From a candidate division FCPU426 bacterium (GTDB lineage: Bacteria; Oederibacteriota; JAAXVQ01; JAUVAV01): a stretch of 64,000 nt of DNA. The translations under genes were made by a program, and so were the position numbers. Numbering within the stretch: position 1 is the stretch's first letter; the number at the start of each line of letters is the position of its first letter. Below, piece by piece: positions 27,854 to 35,235 of the stretch. The notes under the pieces are model-generated. The model did not search any database and was not told where the DNA came from. It was given only the letters and a program-made list of their open reading frames with translations. Location of the stretch: contig JBFLYH010000001.1 in assembly GCA_040756875.1 (NCBI GenBank), positions 192,001-256,000 of the forward strand, written 5' to 3'.

Positions 27854-29089
27854 GTGGCGTCCCCCCTTTCCGAATACCGCAAACTGATCGGCGAGACCGA
27901 ATACCAGCTGCTGTGGAAGCTCGGGGCGACCTTGCGCGGGTTGCGCGTGGTCATGGTCAATTCGACCCGCGAGGGCGGCGGCGTGGCCGAGATTCTGCAA
28001 AACCTGGTCCCGCTTCTGAACGAACTGGGCCTGGACACCACCTGGGAAGTCATCGGCGGCGCGCCGGAGTTTTTCAACGCCACCAAGACCCTGCACAACG
28101 CGCTGCACGGCCGGCCGGAGCCCCTCACGCCGGAGATGCTCGCGGCCTATGACCAGGCCACGGAAGAAAACAGCCGCCGCCTGCGCGGCGCGCTCAACCG
28201 CGACCTGGTGTTCATCCACGACCCCCAGCCGGCCGGGCTGATCCAGGCGCTGCGGAAGCCCGAGCAAAAGTGGGTTTTCCGCTGCCACATCGACCTCTCC
28301 AACCCGTATCCCGAGGCCTGGGAGTTTTTGCGCGCGCACATCGCGGCCTACGACGCCTCGGTCTTTTCCCATCCGCGGTTCGCCCAGAAATTGGAGCACC
28401 CGCAGTTCATGATCGCGCCGTCCATTGACCCGCTCTCGGACAAGAACCGGGAGCTGCCCGACTCCCTGGTGCGGCAGACCCTGGAGCGGTTCGGCCTGGA
28501 CCCCGAACGGCCGCTGGTCACGCAGATCTCGCGCTTCGACAAACTGAAGGACCCGCTGGGCGTGATTGCGGCCTACCGGTTGGTCAAGAAAACGCACCCG
28601 GACGTGCAGTTGCTCCTGGCCGGCGGCGGCGCCAGCGACGACCCCGAGTCCGGCGAGATCCTGGCGCGCCTGCGCGAGGAAGCCGGGAAGGACCCGGACC
28701 TGCACCTGCTGGACCTGCCCTCGGGGTCCAACCTGGAGATCAACGCCCTGCAGCGGGGCAGCACGGTCATTCTCCAGAAATCCCTGCGCGAAGGCTTCGC
28801 GCTCACGGTCAGCGAGGCGCTGTGGAAGCGCAAACCCGTGGTGGCCTCGGACGTGGGCGGCATTCCCCTGCAGATCCTGCACGGCAAGACCGGCTGGCTG
28901 ACCTATACGGTCGAAGGGGCGGCCTACTACGTCCGCCGCGTGCTGAACAACCCGGCCGAATCCCTGGCCCTGGCCAAGTTCGGACGGGAGCATGTCCGCC
29001 GCAATTTCCTCATCACGCGGCATTTGCGCGAATATATCAGCCTGTTCCATTGCGTGCGCCAGCCGGGCCAAAATATCATCCGCTTGTGA
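27854..29089 (+). CDS. treT: Trehalose synthase / GT4 glycosyltransferase (TreT-like)
   Basis: VNST..GGGVAEIL, IHDPQPAGL, RCHIDLS, PSIDPLSDKN, SDDPE and QKSLREGFALTVSEALWK. Confidence 0.8.
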   Translation: MASPLSEYRKLIGETEYQLLWKLGATLRGLRVVMVNSTREGGGVAEILQNLVPLLNELGLDTTWEVIGGAPEFFNATKTLHNALHGRPEPLTPEMLAAYDQATEENSRRLRGALNRDLVFIHDPQPAGLIQALRKPEQKWVFRCHIDLSNPYPEAWEFLRAHIAAYDASVFSHPRFAQKLEHPQFMIAPSIDPLSDKNRELPDSLVRQTLERFGLDPERPLVTQISRFDKLKDPLGVIAAYRLVKKTHPDVQLLLAGGGASDDPESGEILARLREEAGKDPDLHLLDLPSGSNLEINALQRGSTVILQKSLREGFALTVSEALWKRKPVVASDVGGIPLQILHGKTGWLTYTVEGAAYYVRRVLNNPAESLALAKFGREHVRRNFLITRHLREYISLFHCVRQPGQNIIRL

Positions 29090-29216
29090 TCCCCCCGGCC
29101 GAAGGCCGGGGTACCGCGAAATAACCTTGCCTCATCCGCCGCCCGTCCCTTTTCCCGCACTGCCGGAATTCTTCAGGTTATAATCGTGTCCCGACGATCC
29201 TATCTCTGTCGTCGGA

Positions 29217-29246
29217 CAGGTGACAGATCCGCAAGCCTGCGGTGTT
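29217..29246 (+). promoter_or_regulatory. Putative ECF-dependent promoter, copy 1 (autoregulatory)
   Basis: CAGGTGACA-N15-GGTGTT; identical boxes and spacing at 32926-32955. Confidence 0.65.
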
Positions 29247-29273
29247 ATATCCCTTGGGAGGGGAAGCGGTTCG

Positions 29274-29762
29274 ATGCCCGTGGATATCGAGTCCTATTAT
29301 CGAAAATACGGGCCCATGGTGCTGAGGCGCTGTCGGACGCTGCTGCGCCATGAGGAGTGGGCCCTGGACGCCCTGCAGGAGGTCTTCGTGAATCTGCTGC
29401 GCCATCAGGAACGGCTCCACGACGCTTACCCCTCCAGCCTGCTTTACCGCATGGCCACCCGCGTGTGCCTGAACCTGCTGCGGACCCGGCGGCGCAAGCC
29501 CGAGACGCCGGACGAGGCCCTGCTGCTTTCCATCGCCCACGAGCCGGAGACGGAAAACCGCGTGCTGGCGGGCGCGATCCTGGACCGCCTGTTCGCGCGC
29601 GAACGCCCCTCCACGCGCGCCATGCTGGTCATGCTGTACGTGGACGGGCTGACGCTGGAGGAAGTGGCCAGGGAAACCGGATTGTCAGTCTCGGGCGTGC
29701 GCAAGCGCGTCCGGGAATTCAAGGCCAGGGCCCAGGCGGAAAAGGAGCAAAACCATGGCTGA
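29274..29762 (+). CDS. ECF RNA polymerase sigma factor
   Basis: DALQEVFV, LYRMATRVCLNLLR (region 2) and GLTLEEVARETGLS (region 4). Confidence 0.92.
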   Translation: MPVDIESYYRKYGPMVLRRCRTLLRHEEWALDALQEVFVNLLRHQERLHDAYPSSLLYRMATRVCLNLLRTRRRKPETPDEALLLSIAHEPETENRVLAGAILDRLFARERPSTRAMLVMLYVDGLTLEEVARETGLSVSGVRKRVREFKARAQAEKEQNHG

Positions 29763-30528
29763 CCAGCTCCCGGATTATCTTTTGGAGCGCTATTTGCTGG
29801 GTGAGTTGCCGCCCCGGCGCCTGGCCGAGATTCGCGCGGCCTTGGAACAGGACGCGGATGCCCGGGAACGCCTGGAAGCATTGCAAGCCTCGAACGCCGA
29901 GATTCTGCGGCAGTATCCCGCGGAGCGCATGGCGCCCGCCATTCAGAAACAGCTGGAACGCGAATCCCCGGCTCGGGCCAGGGGCTGGCAATGGCTTCCG
30001 GTGTTTTCCCTGGCTGCGGCGGCGGTTGCCTTGCTGGCCGTGGCGCCGGTCGTGGAACGCGCCCTGTTCGCGCCCGCGGACACGACCCGGCTCAAGGGCA
30101 GGGACATACGCCTGGTGGTCTACCGCAAAGAAGGGAACCAGGCCATGCCCCTGGCCGACCAGGACCGCGCCAGGGACGGAGACCTGCTGCAAATCGCCTA
30201 CGCCGTGCCGCCCGGAACCCACGGCGTCATTTTCTCGCTCGACGGCGGGGGCAAGGTCACCCTGCACTTTCCCGCCGCCCCGGAATTCTCCACCCTGATG
30301 CCGCAGGGCAGCGGGAAGGTGCTGCTGCCCGTGGCGTATGAATTGGACCGCGCCCCGGGGTTCGAACGCTTTGTCCTGATGACCGCGCCGTTTGAACTGC
30401 AGGTTCCGGCCGTGCTGGCCGCGGCCCGCGAGGTGGCGGCTGACGGCCGCACTGCCCGGACCCGGCCGATTCCCGCGCCTGCGGGCGCGGAACAAATCAC
30501 ACTGGTCTTGACAAAGGACACGCCATGA
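29755..30528 (+). CDS. Putative membrane-anchored anti-sigma factor (ActD-like / DUF4384-like periplasmic domain)
   Basis: N-terminal LERYLLGEL anti-sigma-type helix without HxxxCxxC; one TM helix; RLKG...GDLLQIAY...SLDGGGKVTLHFP...YELD..PGFERF. Overlaps the sigma gene stop. Confidence 0.7.
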   Translation: MADQLPDYLLERYLLGELPPRRLAEIRAALEQDADARERLEALQASNAEILRQYPAERMAPAIQKQLERESPARARGWQWLPVFSLAAAAVALLAVAPVVERALFAPADTTRLKGRDIRLVVYRKEGNQAMPLADQDRARDGDLLQIAYAVPPGTHGVIFSLDGGGKVTLHFPAAPEFSTLMPQGSGKVLLPVAYELDRAPGFERFVLMTAPFELQVPAVLAAAREVAADGRTARTRPIPAPAGAEQITLVLTKDTP

Positions 30529-32747
30529 AAACCATCCGCCTGTTTCTTCTGCTGAACGCGTTTGTGCTGGCGGCCGCGGTCCCGGCGCCGGCGGCGCCGC
30601 AGGATTCCATGCGGCGTTTTGCCCTGGTGGTGGGCGCGGACGACGGCGGCCCGGAGCGCGGCCGCCTGCAATACGCCGAATCCGACGCCCGGCTCATGAC
30701 CCGGCTGCTGCAGAAGCTCGGCGGCGTGTTCCCCATTGATTGCGTTTTTCTCCTCCAACCCGACCGCGAGCGCCTGCTCGGAGGGTTCAGGGATTTACAG
30801 GAAAAAATCCGGCGCGCCCGGGAGACGGCCAAAAGAATCGAGCTGGTTTTTTATTACTCCGGCCATTCGGACGAGGAAGCCGTCCTGCTGGGACAGGACA
30901 GGTTGTCGTATCAGGAGATCAAGCGCAGCCTCGACCGCGTCCCGGCCGACGTCAGGATCGCCATTCTGGATTCCTGCTCTTCGGGCGCTTTCACGCGGCT
31001 CAAGGGCGGCCAGATGCGGCCGCCGTTTCTGCTGGACGAAGCGAACGACATGAAAGGCAGTGCCTATCTGACCTCGAGCGCCTCGGACGAGGCCTCCCAG
31101 GAGTCCGACAAGCTGCAAAGCTCGTTTTTCACGCACTTCCTGACTTCGGGCCTGCGCGGCGCGGCGGATACGTCCCAGGACGGCCGCGTTTCCCTGCATG
31201 AGGCCTACCAATACGCCTATCACGAGACCTTGAACAAAACCGAGAAAACCCTGGGCGGCCCGCAGCACCCGAACTACAACATCCAGATGACCGGCACCGG
31301 CGACGTGGTGATGACCGATATCCGCAACAGCTCGGCGATCCTGACCTTTGACCAGGACCTTTACGGCCGGTTCCTCATCCGCGACCAGAACGAGCGCATC
31401 GTGCTGGAGATGCGCAAGCCCGAGGGCCGCAGCCTGCAAATCGGCCTGGAGGAGGGCGTTTACCAAGTCAGCAACGAAAGGGACCAGCGGCTGTTCGAGA
31501 CCCGCGTCGAGCTGACGCTGGGCCAGGAACTGGTGTTGAACGCGGCCGCCTTCGGGGAGGTGGCGCGCGAGGCCGCCCGGCTGCGGGGCGAGGAACCGGC
31601 GCCCGAGAACAAGTTTGCGGCCCCGGGCTACCAAGTCGTGCCCTGGGACGTGACGCTGGTCCCGGATTCAAACCGCTACGCGCGCACCATCCATTACTGC
31701 GTGCTGGGCCTGGTGGGGAGCACGAGCGCCAAGCTGGACGGATTCGCCCTCAGCCCTGGGCTGAGCCTCGTGATCGAAGAGGCGCGGGGCGTGCAATGCA
31801 CGGGCCTCGGCAATTCAGCCGGCCGGGAGATGGAAGGGGTGCAGCTGGCCGGGCTCTTCAACAGCTGTGCAGGAAGCATGAAAGGCGTGCAGTCCGCCGG
31901 GATCCTGAATTCGGCCAAGGGGCAGATGGCCGGCGTGCAGGCGGGCGGCGTTCTCAGCCTGAGCCAGGGCGCGTTCTCCGGCCTGCAGAGCGGAGGGGTT
32001 CTCGTGCACAGCGAGGACCGCCTGAACGGCGTGCAGGCCGCGGGCGTTTACACCCTGGCCAGGGGCAAGGTGTCGGGCGTGCAGGCCGCGGGCGTCTTCG
32101 CCTATGCGGACAAGGATTTCGAAGGCGTGCAGGCTTCCGGCGTCTTCAATTATACCGGCGGCCGCCTGCAAGGCCTCCAGATCAGCACGGTGAATCTGGC
32201 CGAAACCAGCGACGGTCTTCAAATCGGGGTGGTCAATCTGGCCGGGGAACAGCGGGGCGAATCCCTCGGCCTCGTCAGCCTGGCGGAGAATGGGCGCATT
32301 GAAACCACGGCCTGGTGGGACAATCTGTCAGGCTTCAACCTCGGCGTCAGGTTCCGGGCCAATCACCTGTATTCGCTGCTGTCCGTTTCCCGGAAGTCTC
32401 CCAGGGCCCAGGAAGCCGGCTGGGGGGGCGGAATTCACTTAGGCGGGCGGATGCTCCTGGAGCCTTTTTATGTCGATCTGGATCTGGGCTTTTCCGGGGT
32501 CAACAATCCGCCGGCTGACCGCTTCGACGAAACGGACCTCGAGATCGCCGATCTGCGCCTCATGCCCGGCGCCACGTGGGGGCGTTTCTCGGTTTTCGCG
32601 GGCATCGGCATGGCTTATATTTACCGCGGCCGGCTGGACACCCGGGAGGGAATCAAGGACGGGGCAACCGTGAAAACCGACTTGTGGACCATGATCGAAC
32701 AAAAATGGTCGCCGCTGTACCTTGTGGGCGCCGCGTATTCTTTTTAA
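30525..32747 (+). CDS. Exported caspase-family (peptidase C14) protein with GVQxxG repeats and probable C-terminal beta-barrel
   Basis: Signal peptide; RFALVVG, LQYAESDA, FYYSGH (His), ILDSCSSG (Cys) and FFTHFL..GLRGAAD; about ten GxQxxG repeats; ends in AYSF. Confidence 0.88.
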   Translation: MKTIRLFLLLNAFVLAAAVPAPAAPQDSMRRFALVVGADDGGPERGRLQYAESDARLMTRLLQKLGGVFPIDCVFLLQPDRERLLGGFRDLQEKIRRARETAKRIELVFYYSGHSDEEAVLLGQDRLSYQEIKRSLDRVPADVRIAILDSCSSGAFTRLKGGQMRPPFLLDEANDMKGSAYLTSSASDEASQESDKLQSSFFTHFLTSGLRGAADTSQDGRVSLHEAYQYAYHETLNKTEKTLGGPQHPNYNIQMTGTGDVVMTDIRNSSAILTFDQDLYGRFLIRDQNERIVLEMRKPEGRSLQIGLEEGVYQVSNERDQRLFETRVELTLGQELVLNAAAFGEVAREAARLRGEEPAPENKFAAPGYQVVPWDVTLVPDSNRYARTIHYCVLGLVGSTSAKLDGFALSPGLSLVIEEARGVQCTGLGNSAGREMEGVQLAGLFNSCAGSMKGVQSAGILNSAKGQMAGVQAGGVLSLSQGAFSGLQSGGVLVHSEDRLNGVQAAGVYTLARGKVSGVQAAGVFAYADKDFEGVQASGVFNYTGGRLQGLQISTVNLAETSDGLQIGVVNLAGEQRGESLGLVSLAENGRIETTAWWDNLSGFNLGVRFRANHLYSLLSVSRKSPRAQEAGWGGGIHLGGRMLLEPFYVDLDLGFSGVNNPPADRFDETDLEIADLRLMPGATWGRFSVFAGIGMAYIYRGRLDTREGIKDGATVKTDLWTMIEQKWSPLYLVGAAYSF

Positions 32748-32925
32748 GCCAGCCGCCGGGGAAGGGCATGCTTCCTTTCCTCCGGTCCAACATCGTTTCT
32801 TAACCTCGCTGTCTTCGCTCGTCCCTTCGCAACCTAACCCGGCCAATTGCCCCCGCAGGGAAACGCTGCTCCGGGGGGCCACCCTGTTCCGCCTGAAACC
32901 GTTCCGGACGCACGACTTTCACTGC

Positions 32926-32955
32926 CAGGTGACAATCCGGCCGGGCATTGGTGTT
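32926..32955 (+). promoter_or_regulatory. Putative ECF-dependent promoter, copy 2 (exbB-tonB-TBDR operon)
   Basis: CAGGTGACA-N15-GGTGTT, same as 29217-29246. Confidence 0.65.
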
Positions 32956-32966
32956 TAATCTTTTAG

Positions 32967-33096
32967 CAGGCTGATGAAAAAGTCCGCAGAGCGGCCTTTA
33001 TCGTCTGCACTGCTTAGAATACCCCTTGAAAAATCAGAGATTTTTCAAGGGGTAACAGGCTGCCAAATGAGCATATAAGAGTTTTTCAGCAGCCTG
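32967..33096. mobile_element. MITE-like element, family A copy 2
   Basis: 15-bp terminal inverted repeats CAGGCTGATGAAAAA / TTTTTCAGCAGCCTG (1 mismatch); TTAG direct repeat on both flanks; perfect 16-bp internal hairpin at 33020-33054. Confidence 0.8.
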
Positions 33097-33133
33097 TTAG
33101 AACCTGCCAATCCCTTGCGCGGAGGAGCGAATC

Positions 33134-33748
33134 ATGACTGACATCCACTGGCTGATGCTGCTCAAATCCAGCCCCACCCTGATGGTCCTGGGCGTGTGCT
33201 CGCTGCTGTCCCTGGTGTTCATCATTGAACGGGGGATCTATTATTTGATCAATCTCAACGGATCGAAAAAACTGGCCGCCGGGCTGCAGCCCATGATCGA
33301 GGACCTGGGCGTTGAGGCTGCCATCGCCCACTGCCGGCACCAGCGCGGACCCATGGCCAGGGTGGTCGGGGCCACGCTGAAGCATTTCCGGGAATCGCGC
33401 GAGAGCCTGTCCAGCCTGCTGGCCAGCCTGATCAAAAAGGAAGAAGTCGCGCTCGAACGGTTTTTGGGCATTCTCGGCACCCTGGGCAACACCGCCCCCT
33501 TTATCGGCCTCCTGGGCACGGTCATCGGGATCATCAAAGCCTTTCAATCCCTCGCTTTAGCGGGCAGCGGCGGCCCCAACGTAGTGGCCGCCGGGATCGC
33601 CGAAGCCCTGGTCGCCACGGCCGCGGGCCTGGTGGTCGCCATTCCGGCGGTCATTTTCTACAACTATTACATTTCCCGCGTGCGGGAGACGGTCACGGAC
33701 ATCGAGGCCGCGGTGGAGCACATCCTGTTCGTGGTCAAGGACAAGTAG
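33134..33748 (+). CDS. exbB: MotA/TolQ/ExbB proton channel
   Basis: [14 protein letters not shown] and [19 protein letters not shown]. Confidence 0.9.
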   Translation: MTDIHWLMLLKSSPTLMVLGVCSLLSLVFIIERGIYYLINLNGSKKLAAGLQPMIEDLGVEAAIAHCRHQRGPMARVVGATLKHFRESRESLSSLLASLIKKEEVALERFLGILGTLGNTAPFIGLLGTVIGIIKAFQSLALAGSGGPNVVAAGIAEALVATAAGLVVAIPAVIFYNYYISRVRETVTDIEAAVEHILFVVKDK

Positions 33749-33757
33749 GAGCCCAGC

Positions 33758-34177
33758 ATGATCGCGAACGCCCGGAAGCCCATTGTCACCATCAACCTGA
33801 CGCCCCTGGTGGACGTGAGCCTGGTCCTGGTCGTCATCTTCATGGCCACGGCGCCTATGTTTCTGCAAACCGGCATGAACGTCACGCCCGGTGAAAAGCC
33901 GGCGGACGCCGAGCAGGCCGCCCAGGCCGGCGCGGACGACACCCTCCTGCTGAAGATGGAAAACGGCCGGTGCTGGCTGAATGACCAGGAAGTCGCCGGC
34001 GGACAGCTGGCGGCCGCGCTAGCCCGGGCCGTGGAGCGGTCGCGGAGGAAAAGGGTGGTGGTCATGCCCGGCGAAGGCGTTTTGCACGGGGAAGTCATCC
34101 AGGCCATGGATCTGGCCAAACAGGCCGGGGCGAAAAAGCTGGTCATCATGGGGACCGGATCCCGTTCAGGAGAATGA
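33758..34177 (+). CDS. exbD: ExbD/TolR biopolymer transport protein
   Basis: INLTPLVDVSLVLVVIFM; MDLAKQAG. Confidence 0.88.
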   Translation: MIANARKPIVTINLTPLVDVSLVLVVIFMATAPMFLQTGMNVTPGEKPADAEQAAQAGADDTLLLKMENGRCWLNDQEVAGGQLAAALARAVERSRRKRVVVMPGEGVLHGEVIQAMDLAKQAGAKKLVIMGTGSRSGE

Positions 34178-34181
34178 ATCC

Positions 34182-34598
34182 ATGCTCCAGAGCCGCATGC
34201 GCAGCGAAAACCCGAAAGCCCTGATGACCGAGATCAATGTCACGCCCCTGGTGGACATCTGCCTGGTGCTGGTCATCATCTTCATGGTCACCACGGCCAT
34301 GTTTCTGCAGCCTCCCTTCGAGGTCAGCCTGCCGCCCGCGCACGCCCGCGACCAGGCCGGAACCGGGCCGGTGTTCGTGGCCATCGGGGAGGACGGCCGG
34401 CTGGCCATCAACGAGAGCCCGGTGGCGGAAGACCGGTTTGAGGATGCGATCATGCTGCGCCTGCTGCAAAGCCCTTCCAAACGGGTGATCATCCGCGCGG
34501 ACGCCAAGGTGGCCAGCCTCAAGGTGCTGAAAACCCTCGAAGCCGTCAAGGCCGCGGGCGCGGAGCGGATCAGCTTCGGGACCGAGGAGGTCCGATGA
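34182..34598 (+). CDS. exbD: Second ExbD/TolR protein
   Basis: EINVTPLVDICLVLVIIFMV; IIRAD. Confidence 0.88.
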   Translation: MLQSRMRSENPKALMTEINVTPLVDICLVLVIIFMVTTAMFLQPPFEVSLPPAHARDQAGTGPVFVAIGEDGRLAINESPVAEDRFEDAIMLRLLQSPSKRVIIRADAKVASLKVLKTLEAVKAAGAERISFGTEEVR

Positions 34599-35218
34599 AT
34601 CACGCGGGGTTTGACCATCTGGCTGTCCGCATCCAGGCCGCGCTCCTGGTTTCGGTGCTGGTGCACGCGGCCGTGGTCTCGCAACTCGGCCCCAGGCGTT
34701 TTTCCCGGCCCGGGCAGAATATCGCGATCACCGAGGTGGAATACATTCCCAATTTTTCCCGCCCCCGCGGCCCGGCGCGGACGCAACCCCGGCCCAAACC
34801 CAAGGAAGTGGTCTCCCTGGCTCCCAAACCCGCGGCCGCCGAGCCGGTGGCCCCGGCCGAGGAACCGGAACCCGAAGAACCGCCGGAAGGCCTGGCGTTC
34901 AATCCGCATGAACCCGGGGGCGGGTTGTTCCTGCCGTTTTACGTGGTCGAGGAAGTCGCCGCTTTCAGCCGTCGCGTGGTGCCGGTCTATCCCGAGTCCG
35001 CGGTCAAACTGGGGCAGGCCGCCAAGGTGGTGCTCGAGGTCTACATCGACGCCGCCGGCGAGGTGAAATTCGTCCGGGTGGTCAAAAGCGGCGGCCCGGC
35101 GTTCGACCAGGCGGCCATGGAGGCGGTCAGGAATTCAGGGTTCAAACCGGCGCGCATCCAAGGCCGGCCCGTGCCGATCAAGCTGCTGATCCCGTACATT
35201 TTCTCGCTGGAAAATTAA
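34595..35218 (+). CDS. tonB: Energy transducer TonB
   Basis: SVLVH TM motif, Pro-rich spacer, and PVYPESA...FDQAAMEAV...FKPA. Confidence 0.9.
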   Translation: MNHAGFDHLAVRIQAALLVSVLVHAAVVSQLGPRRFSRPGQNIAITEVEYIPNFSRPRGPARTQPRPKPKEVVSLAPKPAAAEPVAPAEEPEPEEPPEGLAFNPHEPGGGLFLPFYVVEEVAAFSRRVVPVYPESAVKLGQAAKVVLEVYIDAAGEVKFVRVVKSGGPAFDQAAMEAVRNSGFKPARIQGRPVPIKLLIPYIFSLEN

Positions 35219-35235
35219 GAAAGGACGTGCCTGCC

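Noticed and set aside
30525-32747. Caspase as an anti-phage or cell-death effector
   Set aside because: It has a signal peptide and barrel-like end, with no gasdermin, NLR/STAND, CBASS or CRISPR neighbour. The context points to envelope signalling.
33067-33077. ATGAGCATAT inside the MITE resembling the DUF134 palindrome
   Set aside because: Only part of the palindrome matches and the other MITE copy lacks it; likely chance.
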